From a bacterium (GTDB lineage: Bacteria > Bdellovibrionota_B > Oligoflexia > Oligoflexales > RGVZ01): a DNA stretch of 46,475 bases. Shown here piece after piece: positions 26,950-34,805 of this stretch (within the stretch, counting starts at the first letter, position 1; every line of letters starts with the position of its first letter). The position numbers were made by a program, and so were the translations under genes. The stretch lies in NCBI GenBank assembly GCA_037134655.1, contig JBAXLR010000003.1, positions 1 through 46,475 on the forward strand, in the 5' to 3' direction. A model generated the notes under the pieces. That model was not told where the DNA came from and made no database searches. It saw only the letters and a list, made by a program, of their open reading frames with translations.

Positions 26950-29900
26950 CTGAGTTGTTTGCAAAATCTAAAGACGCTGTCAAATATCAACAGCCCCTTG
27001 ACCTCCACTTACGTGGAGTTGGCCTGACTGCGGAAAGACTTGCGCGTGATCTAAGCGGTCAAGCTCCCATGAGTAACTTCCTACGAGATGCCGCTTTTAC
27101 AGCAAAAATTGCCGGTTTCCTACACGACATTGGAAAGCTTGATTCGGGATTTCAGAGAGCACTTAATCGCGGCACTAATTCAGATGCAGACGAACAAGAA
27201 GATTCGCTACCATCGGACTATTGGCATCATGAAATCGTTTCTACCGCCCTGCTTTCGACCAAGGCACTAGCAGAATTGCTGGCCACTCTGATTCGGGAAG
27301 AGTATGGCGAAAACTTAGACTCTCGCCGCAAGAGCTCTCTTACAAGGGCAATTAAGTTTGGGGTGCTGTGGCATCACGGCCGGCGATCACGTTCAAAAAA
27401 ATGGGATTTAATATCCGCGCCTATGAGCACGGAGGCTGAGTTTTTTAACGCATCAGATATCGTTCGTGAAATCTCAGCGGATTCAAAGTATAGCGTTCAT
27501 GACAGACTGCAGACGCTTCTAAAAAGAACACTCAATAAGGACGTCTTGATTGCTGCTGCTGACCTTGAGATTTGCAAAAATACAACTGAAATTTTTCCAA
27601 GATTTCGGCAGTACTCATTGTTATCATCAAATCCCTACTTGAATTCAATGATTGCTGAGTTAGATCCCGAGTTTGATCGAATACCAAATGACAAATTTAC
27701 AGACAAATATGTCGGTAAAGTTAAGGCCATTCTCGCTAGAAATGTTAATGTCCTACGCAAAGCTGCACAATCGTGTGGCGATTCGGAGTACTCAAATACA
27801 ATAGCGCAGCTACTGCATCAACCGAGTAGGAACGGCATTTACTTAAATGAAGAGTATGACCAGGATCTTTATCTTAATGCTCTGTGTGATCTAGTCAGAT
27901 GCTTAGTGATCCAAGCAGACTGGGAGGTCTCCCAGATGGGAAAACAGGATCTAGAGCATTTAGCAAATTCCGAACCAGCCAAAATAAGATCAAATATTAA
28001 CCAACACAATTGGCTGGAACTAATTCCGTCTGACGATAGCGCTAAACTCGAAAAAGCTAAGCTGGATTCATACCGTTACCGTGTAATGGAAGAGTCTGCA
28101 AAATTAGTTTATGACTTGGGCAAACGAATCGTGATAAACCGATCCTGCGCTGGGGCCGGTAAGACACTTTGGGCACTCTCGTATTTTCAAAACCAAAAGT
28201 CGATATCCAAAATTTATTGGGTCTGCCCGCGAATACCCATTGTTCGAGGAGTATACGACGAGCTAGTTGAAGAAGTTAAAAGGCAAAGCCTATCGGGCAC
28301 TGTTGCCGTGACTCAATTATCTTCAAGCGAGATTGTTTGTAGCAATGAAAAGATTGAGCCGCTGGAAGCACAGATCATAGTAACGACATTTGACTTCATC
28401 TTATCTACCTATGTACGTCACGGGAAGGCAAATCAGCTTTCGTCCATTTATGCTGGCAGCATCATTTTTGATGAATATCACGAAATCGCAAGTGAGCCTA
28501 TGATACAGTCGTTTGCTTCTGAACTCCTTTACGCCCGAAGTCAAGTGCCTGATTCACGCACGGTGCTGCTTAGTGCGACGCCGTGCTTTCCGTTGCTAGC
28601 GTCTATGGGACTTTGCACACGTATTTCGCACGCGGATGGCAATTCTAGCTTTGAAATGAATGAGGAAGCGGGCGTTTATGCAATTCCGTTACTGGGTGCA
28701 TTTCCAGCCGTTTTTTCTGAACAAAATCTGAAAAGTAACCCGGTGATTGCGAAACAGCATCACCTTGAGCAGACAACTATGAGCGATGAGAAACATTTTT
28801 ACGAACTGGCGAAAAATCTAAGTGATCAAGGAACTCAATCGCTGTTAGCGTCATCCAGTTCGATATCTAAAACCGTAAGATTATACAAGATGTCACAAAA
28901 TGAAGGACGCGAGGACCAAATTTTTCACGGGCAGTACTATCGTGAATTGATGCCTGGAGCTAACAAATCCCATTGGACTCTCAATTATGAAGCTGTGATG
29001 GCAGGGTGGGGCAAGGCCTCCCTCAATGCCGACGGCAATTCAAGAAAAGGACATGTATGGTCCGCCCAAATGCTAAAAGCCTCATTGAATGTGTCTACGC
29101 CGCGCACTATTCATCTTACGTTAGGACCTGATTCCGACATTCAACTCTACGGTCGAAATGATCGCTTCGCCAGATCACAAGCAACTAAGAAATTTCCGAA
29201 AATTCTGATGGTTAATTCAAACGATGCGTCACATCGTTGGGCTCTGGATGCCGCCTTCGACAAGAAGATAGCTGATCGATGGTTTGAATTTATAAGGGAA
29301 AAACTCCAACATATAGGTACATCGAAAATCGTTTCCAATTCACAACTGTACGCCTGGTATGATGAATTTGCACTTAAAGAGTGGGATCCACAATCCGATC
29401 AGATTTCCTGGCGCGATTTTGCAAATTACAACTTGATAAGCGGTCTACAGAAGATGAATGCCCAGTGGCTTGTTCCACGTAACGAACCCCCATGGAGTCA
29501 CACTCACAAAACAACGCCAAATGGGCCTCGGTATGCCGGTCGAAACCTGCGTGGGGAGGGGTTTTGGGCGCGTTTAGCAGTCATCACGGATCATGAGGTA
29601 TTGGTAGACTGCCCGACTATTGAAATGACCGCGCGACCAATGGATCGACACTTCCTTGAAAGGGTGACACCTAACAGGAAGGTAAAAGAGGCAAGATGGA
29701 GAGATAAACCTTTCTTTTACTCATTACCAGGGAGTTCAGAAGATTTTAAACCTTGGTGCGAGAGCGTGAAGAGCGAGGCGCGCCGACGCTTGAGAGAATC
29801 CGGTTATTCAACAGAGAACGTCTTGAAAGAATTTAGTCGCAAAATATTGGTGTATCATTGTCATTCGACGTCTGATCCGGGTCTTGGAATGATCAGTTTG

Positions 29901-30005
29901 GCAACGCTAACTGAAGACGTGCCGTTCTGGGAAGAAAATATTTCACACGCATTTGTGCCAGCAGAAATCATGGATATATTTAAATCAATCGCAAAAATGA
30001 AATGA
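26946..30005 (+). CDS. cas3: Cas3 HD nuclease / SF2 helicase (1019 aa)
   Basis: HD-domain residues FLHDIGK, WHHE and LWHHG in the first ~150 aa. Walker A CAGAGKT, DExH box IIFDEYHE, motif III LLSATP, possible motif VI LYGRNDRF. Confidence 0.9.
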   Translation: MTELFAKSKDAVKYQQPLDLHLRGVGLTAERLARDLSGQAPMSNFLRDAAFTAKIAGFLHDIGKLDSGFQRALNRGTNSDADEQEDSLPSDYWHHEIVSTALLSTKALAELLATLIREEYGENLDSRRKSSLTRAIKFGVLWHHGRRSRSKKWDLISAPMSTEAEFFNASDIVREISADSKYSVHDRLQTLLKRTLNKDVLIAAADLEICKNTTEIFPRFRQYSLLSSNPYLNSMIAELDPEFDRIPNDKFTDKYVGKVKAILARNVNVLRKAAQSCGDSEYSNTIAQLLHQPSRNGIYLNEEYDQDLYLNALCDLVRCLVIQADWEVSQMGKQDLEHLANSEPAKIRSNINQHNWLELIPSDDSAKLEKAKLDSYRYRVMEESAKLVYDLGKRIVINRSCAGAGKTLWALSYFQNQKSISKIYWVCPRIPIVRGVYDELVEEVKRQSLSGTVAVTQLSSSEIVCSNEKIEPLEAQIIVTTFDFILSTYVRHGKANQLSSIYAGSIIFDEYHEIASEPMIQSFASELLYARSQVPDSRTVLLSATPCFPLLASMGLCTRISHADGNSSFEMNEEAGVYAIPLLGAFPAVFSEQNLKSNPVIAKQHHLEQTTMSDEKHFYELAKNLSDQGTQSLLASSSSISKTVRLYKMSQNEGREDQIFHGQYYRELMPGANKSHWTLNYEAVMAGWGKASLNADGNSRKGHVWSAQMLKASLNVSTPRTIHLTLGPDSDIQLYGRNDRFARSQATKKFPKILMVNSNDASHRWALDAAFDKKIADRWFEFIREKLQHIGTSKIVSNSQLYAWYDEFALKEWDPQSDQISWRDFANYNLISGLQKMNAQWLVPRNEPPWSHTHKTTPNGPRYAGRNLRGEGFWARLAVITDHEVLVDCPTIEMTARPMDRHFLERVTPNRKVKEARWRDKPFFYSLPGSSEDFKPWCESVKSEARRRLRESGYSTENVLKEFSRKILVYHCHSTSDPGLGMISLATLTEDVPFWEENISHAFVPAEIMDIFKSIAKMK

Positions 30006-30017
30006 GAGGTTAAGTTA

Positions 30018-31199
30018 ATGATTACGAAAGAGAAAGCTGCCACGACGAGAGTTTGGTTTGAGTATACGCTAGATGGAGAAGGCGGACTTAACTACGGGGA
30101 ATCGGAAAAAATCACCTACTCAAAAGTCGATTCAAGCGGAAGAGAAAAAAAAGAAGATAAGACGATTAAGAGGCTCAAGAAAAATACATACAGGCATGGC
30201 GGGCAATTAGTTTCTGTGCCCAAAGTTTCGTCAAACTGCATTCGCCATGGGTTGTTTCAACGGGTAGAGAACTTTATTCTACGCGAAGGTGAATCAATGA
30301 CTAGTGATTCAAAAGATAAACTATTTTGGGCAAGGTTCGGAACGCTTAGCGGCCTAATGCGAGGATATATGAATGCCGCGCAAGGCGAAACCTACAAACG
30401 TTTCTCGGCCGTAGTGGCATCTTCAGCAACGGGCGAAGTTCATATTGATCAAGAAGGTAACACATTGGTGCCTGAGATTTCTGAAGAATTTTTCAGCTCC
30501 TCGTCACGTAAGGAGGCTACAAATGGTGCCGCATCGATTTTTAACGCCGAGACCGTTGGGCGGGTCCGGTATTTTGGAGATATTCATATTGATTTAGTGA
30601 CGCTTCAGTTTTTTCCAATTTCTCCCGGTGCTGAACGAAGCTGCGTACCACTCGGAAAAAGTGGAGATAAAAATGGATATGAAGAAATTGTTGCGCAGAT
30701 GAAAAATAGCATCAATACCGCTCTGAAAAGATATTTAACTCAGCCAAACGAGGAAACTGCAAACCACGGCATTGTGAGATTCCGGGGAAGCGTTCTGCCC
30801 GCAGAAGTTGGCGAATTCGGAGTGCTTTTGACTGATAAAGGTGTATCTGCAGCAGTTTGGGGTTTTCTTAAGGACTGTCTACTACCATTTCAGATTTTTC
30901 GAGGTGGTCGTGCAAGAGCTAACCTCGATTCCATGAAAATTTACGTCGAAGATGCAAATTTCGACCGTCAAGAGTTTATGGTCATAACAAAGGGCTTGTT
31001 GAGTAAAGATGCGCTAAATAAATTTAAAGATCGGCTATTCCAGGCAAAATTTGACAACTATGATCTTGTCGCCCAAGGGCAGGACATTACAGAATATTTT
31101 AAATCAATTGAAAGGAATAAAGAGGAAGCAGGAGGCGAAGACCGTAAAAAAGCGCCCTCGGCTAATGGGAAAGATAAAACCAAGAAACGTCAGAGATAA
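30018..31199 (+). CDS. cas7: Cas7-like backbone subunit candidate (393 aa)
   Basis: By eye: GGLNYGE, then HGGQLVSVPKVSSNCIRHGLFQ (compare E. coli CasC [20 protein letters not shown], from memory), FGTLSGLMRGYM (compare ALSGRMAT) and RVRYFGDIHIDLVTLQ (compare VFYRYANINLAQL). Position between cas3 and the cas5-like gene. Lys-rich C-terminal tail. Confidence 0.65.
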   Translation: MITKEKAATTRVWFEYTLDGEGGLNYGESEKITYSKVDSSGREKKEDKTIKRLKKNTYRHGGQLVSVPKVSSNCIRHGLFQRVENFILREGESMTSDSKDKLFWARFGTLSGLMRGYMNAAQGETYKRFSAVVASSATGEVHIDQEGNTLVPEISEEFFSSSSRKEATNGAASIFNAETVGRVRYFGDIHIDLVTLQFFPISPGAERSCVPLGKSGDKNGYEEIVAQMKNSINTALKRYLTQPNEETANHGIVRFRGSVLPAEVGEFGVLLTDKGVSAAVWGFLKDCLLPFQIFRGGRARANLDSMKIYVEDANFDRQEFMVITKGLLSKDALNKFKDRLFQAKFDNYDLVAQGQDITEYFKSIERNKEEAGGEDRKKAPSANGKDKTKKRQR

Positions 31200-31258
31200 A
31201 TCTTGATTTATTTTCATCCTCATTTTCTGCGGACACCAGGGTCGATTAGGTGAATTAT

Positions 31259-32197
31259 ATGAAGTTTCTTGCGCTTAGAATTGCAGCAGCTGAATTAGTA
31301 TTGAGGAATGTTGACTCAGGTCAAGAGGCTGATGTTTATAAGAAGTATTATAAGAATCGAGAAAAACCGGACGGACATCTTCAATCTGAATTGTTTAAAT
31401 TCAACAATAGACCGCAGGATCTCATTCGCACTCTTGACACTGTTGGATTCGTGTCCGTTAGTACATTATCGGGCTTTATTTTACGCCAGATCGCAGGTGG
31501 CCAGGTAACAACAAAGATGATGAAAGGATTCGCAGCCAATCATCCTCTTGCAAAATTGCTGGCGGAATGCGAAGAGCTTGCAAAAGCTGCTTTTTTTACT
31601 GACGAGTCATCTGAATTAAAATTAGGCGCTGAGCTTATTACCTACCCTATGCGCGAGGGACAGCCTGACAAATCTCCGTTACTTGAATGGCATCTTTTCA
31701 CCTCGCAAAATCAAGCAAAATTAGACTTTATATTTGCCTTGGCGGAGTTTGCCAAACATAAAAAATGCGGACCTCGAAAACTACCAGAGGACTTTCGATT
31801 GGAGACAACAAATGATCTAAGGCAACTCTATTCATGGTTAACCGAGGTTAATAAAGATAAAAAAATAGAATCCTTTTATGAAGATTTCCGAAAAACCAAT
31901 CAAGCTTGCGCAAGTAAAAGTTGGGGGTCTATTCTTTCGGGCGGAAAGTATTGGTCGCGCCGATATTCTGATAAAACATTCACTCGAAAATTGACTATAG
32001 GTAGGACTATTTTTATCCCACTTGATAGCGAAGCGAAAGAAAAATTGGCGTCCAAAGTCATGTCATCGTCTGTTTTGCCACAAATAGGAAGATGTGTTGT
32101 AAAGCTCCAGATAATGGAAAGAAGGTCCTTTCAGCAAAAGACCGCGATACCAAGTTCAAAAAATATTTTGGAAAAATTATGTGCCAAAAGAAGTTAA
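31259..32197 (+). CDS. cas5: Cas5-like subunit candidate with large helical insertion (312 aa from ATG 31259; track start GTG 31250)
   Basis: N-terminus MKFLALRIAAAELVLRN and TLSGFILRQIAGG resemble CasD SYLILRLAGPMQAWG / TRSGLLGLLGACLG. C-terminal LPQIGRCVVKL resembles TPYLGRRSCPL (from memory). Weak motif-level evidence plus gene position. Confidence 0.5.
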   Translation: MKFLALRIAAAELVLRNVDSGQEADVYKKYYKNREKPDGHLQSELFKFNNRPQDLIRTLDTVGFVSVSTLSGFILRQIAGGQVTTKMMKGFAANHPLAKLLAECEELAKAAFFTDESSELKLGAELITYPMREGQPDKSPLLEWHLFTSQNQAKLDFIFALAEFAKHKKCGPRKLPEDFRLETTNDLRQLYSWLTEVNKDKKIESFYEDFRKTNQACASKSWGSILSGGKYWSRRYSDKTFTRKLTIGRTIFIPLDSEAKEKLASKVMSSSVLPQIGRCVVKLQIMERRSFQQKTAIPSSKNILEKLCAKRS

Positions 32198-33060
32198 ATC
32201 TTCGCAAGCTAGAAGAACATCGCAAACTCATCTCGTATCGAATGAGAAATCCTATGGTTTACCTCGAACGAGCAATTTTAAAAAATAAAGGTGGCAATGT
32301 CATCGCATATACAGGGGAAGAGATCCGTAGCATTCCAGTTGCCAACGTGGCGGCCATTGTGTTGGGACCAGGCTGCAGCGTCACGACCGAGGCCGTGCGC
32401 AGAAGTGCGGCCCGAGGCTGTACACTTATATTTGCAGGCGGTGATGGGCTTTCGGTTTTCGCTCAATCGGCTGGGTTCAGGGATGCACGGCGAAGAATTG
32501 AGCAGGGAGCAATGCATCGCTCAAAAGTTAGGCGCCTTCGTCAGGCAAGGTTCTTGTTAACAGAACGAAATCGCATGATCGCTGAGGCTGGAGATATACC
32601 AAGAATAGACTCACTAAGCATTACTGAGGCGAAGTCCGTGAATGAGCTAATGCTACTTGAAGCAAGGTGGACTCGTCAAATTTGCTTCATATTGGCTCGA
32701 AAATATAATATTCCCCGCGAATACAATCTACGGTCACCGAGCTCGCCACTGATGTTGATCAATTCATTTTTATACGCGATGGCGACATCTGTCGTAGCGT
32801 CTTTGGGATTAGATCCCGGGTTAGGTTTCCTGCATGGCGCCTCTCGAGGTGGTGGCTTAGTCTTTGATATCGCCGATGTCTTCAAACCTTTGTTAGGATT
32901 CGAACTTACCTTTTATTGTATCGCAAATAGCATCACTTCGCCCACAAAAGTCAAGGCTGAGTTCTTGAGACAAGCGCGTCGCAAGAGGCTGCAAGAACGA
33001 ATGGTAAAACTATTACTAACTTTATTTGATGAGGAAGATCATGCTGCTCGCAATAAATAG
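32179..33060 (+). CDS. cas1: Cas1 integrase, I-E-like
   Basis: IPVANVAAIVLGPGCSVTTEAVRRSAARGCTLIFAGGDGLSVFA and GFLHGASRGGGLVFDIADVFKP are colinear with E. coli K-12 Cas1 IPVGSVACIMLEPGTRVSHAAVRLAAQVGTLLVWVGEAGVRVYA / GFVHTGKPLSFVYDIADIIKF (from memory). ATG 32179 overlaps the cas5-like 3-prime end by 19 nt. The track ORF starts at 32092. Confidence 0.9.
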   Translation: MCQKKLNLRKLEEHRKLISYRMRNPMVYLERAILKNKGGNVIAYTGEEIRSIPVANVAAIVLGPGCSVTTEAVRRSAARGCTLIFAGGDGLSVFAQSAGFRDARRRIEQGAMHRSKVRRLRQARFLLTERNRMIAEAGDIPRIDSLSITEAKSVNELMLLEARWTRQICFILARKYNIPREYNLRSPSSPLMLINSFLYAMATSVVASLGLDPGLGFLHGASRGGGLVFDIADVFKPLLGFELTFYCIANSITSPTKVKAEFLRQARRKRLQERMVKLLLTLFDEEDHAARNK

Positions 33061-33292
33061 AACAAAGCGCCCCCTACGCAGAATGATTTCTGCAATTTTG
33101 GGAAGGTACATGTGGACAGTTGCTCCGGGGGTTTATTGCTGCGACTCCAAGCATGTAGGTCAACTGATTTTAGATGAAATTTCAGAACAGAAGCAAAATC
33201 TGAACTGGGATGGTCCCGTTTTGGTATCCTTGGCGGAGACTGATTCTGGGGAAGAATCTGGACTTTTGGTTTGTGATCATAGCTGGTTATAA
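33041..33292 (+). CDS. cas2: Cas2, I-E-like
   Basis: MLLAINRTKRPLRRMISAILGRYMWTVAPGVYCCDSKHVGQLILDEI vs E. coli Cas2 [45 protein letters not shown] (from memory). Overlaps the cas1 stop. The track ORF starts at TTG 33026. Confidence 0.8.
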   Translation: MLLAINRTKRPLRRMISAILGRYMWTVAPGVYCCDSKHVGQLILDEISEQKQNLNWDGPVLVSLAETDSGEESGLLVCDHSWL

Positions 33293-33299
33293 AGTTCTT

Positions 33300-34714
33300 A
33301 TGTCGCCCGCGATCGCGGGCGGTTCGCAGTTTAGAGTAACATCGCCAAAACTTCCACCTTGAATGTCGCCCGCGATCGCGGGCGGTTCGCAGTGACTTCA
33401 TAGCCGCAACACTTGCAGCCTTTGTATGTCGCCCGCGATCGCGGGCGGTTCGCAGGAAAGCTGACCGGTATGTTGCCCAAGAGTTGTAATGTCGCCCGCG
33501 ATCGCGGGCGGTTCGCAGATAAAACCCTCTGGCGTCCCAGACCCGAAACTATGTCGCCCGCGATCGCGGGCGGTTCGCAGGTATGGATGACACGAAGGCT
33601 AAAGAAGCCCGCGATGTCGCCCGCGATCGCGGGCGGTTCGCAGAATGATGACGGTGATGGAAAGTCGGCAGGATATATGTCGCCCGCGATCGCGGGCGGT
33701 TCGCAGATGAGTAAAGTACCTTCACTTGCCGATGCTGGTATGTCGCCCGCGATCGCGGGCGGTTCGCAGTACACCATACAGCTGTCACCCGTCACATTTT
33801 GTATGTCGCCCGCGATCGCGGGCGGTTCGCAGAAAGAAAGGACTCTATGCTGCCCCCTACAGATTATGTCGCCCGCGATCGCGGGCGGTTCGCAGCATGA
33901 GCGCATACATGAGGCTCTTGGTGATTTCATGTCGCCCGCGATCGCGGGCGGTTCGCAGCTTAGGATGGCCGAACAATTTGGAACGGCTTTCATGTCGCCC
34001 GCGATCGCGGGCGGTTCGCAGAACTACTAACCTGCTCCCGAAGCTGATCTACAGATGTCGCCCGCGATCGCGGGCGGTTCGCAGATGACCTCCATATCCT
34101 CAGACGGGCAATCCCACATGTCGCCCGCGATCGCGGGCGGTTCGCAGTCAGCAAGAGTGCCGCTGATTTCAAATGTAGCTATGTCGCCCGCGATCGCGGG
34201 CGGTTCGCAGTAAAGATTACCGACACCACCCGCTGATACTTGTATGTCGCCCGCGATCGCGGGCGGTTCGCAGAAGGACTTGGTAGCTTTCCTAGAGGCA
34301 CCAGACATGTCGCCCGCGATCGCGGGCGGTTCGCAGTATAAAACTATAGAGCATGACAAGTATAGGGTGATGTCGCCCGCGATCGCGGGCGGTTCGCAGT
34401 CGCCAGTGTCGCCTTTGTCACCTTTAAGCCCTATGTCGCCCGCGATCGCGGGCGGTTCGCAGTTGCGTACCGGATTTGGACAGCCTTGTTACGCTATGTC
34501 GCCCGCGATCGCGGGCGGTTCGCAGATCAACGGCAAGCCCACCATGTCGGCAGAGATTATGTCGCCCGCGATCGCGGGCGGTTCGCAGAAGCCAAAGCTT
34601 AAGGGAGATAAGACTTGAATAATGTCGCCAGCGAGCGCGGGCAGTTCGCAGTCGATATAAACCCCAGCCGAGATTTCTACTTAGATGTCGCCAGCGAGCG
34701 CGGGCAATCACCGA
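33300..34714 (+). CRISPR. CRISPR array: 23 repeats (21 identical, 2 degenerate at the distal end), 22 unique spacers
   Basis: 30-nt repeat ATGTCGCCCGCGATCGCGGGCGGTTCGCAG. Repeat starts: 33300, 33363, 33426, 33489, 33551, 33614, 33677, 33740, 33803, 33866, 33929, 33992, 34055, 34118, 34181, 34244, 34307, 34370, 34433, 34496, 34559, 34622 (3 mismatches) and 34685 (3-prime end lost). Spacers are 33 nt (one of 32). The repeat is an 18-nt perfect palindrome CGCCCGCGATCGCGGGCG plus the 8-nt tail GTTCGCAG, which sets + strand orientation. Confidence 0.97.
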
Positions 34715-34805
34715 TATCCATCTGATTTTACGCTCTGATAAACGAGCTCAAAGCAAGACAACTGGCACAGACGTCACCGGAATCTTTTCAAATTTTTATC
34801 ACCGT

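Noticed and set aside
26329-33292. Assignment of the cas operon to subtype I-F2 (I-Fv)
   Set aside because: The gene count resembles I-F2, but cas2 is separate from cas3. Cas1, Cas2 and Cas6 align by eye with the E. coli I-E proteins, and the repeat has I-E-like geometry rather than the 28-nt I-F type. I kept it as an I-E-like minimal variant pending HMM typing.
33331-34711. Nine track ORFs with repetitive peptides (PAIAGD, RPRSRAT, MSPAIAGGSQ)
   Set aside because: These are translation artefacts of the CRISPR repeats in several frames and on both strands.
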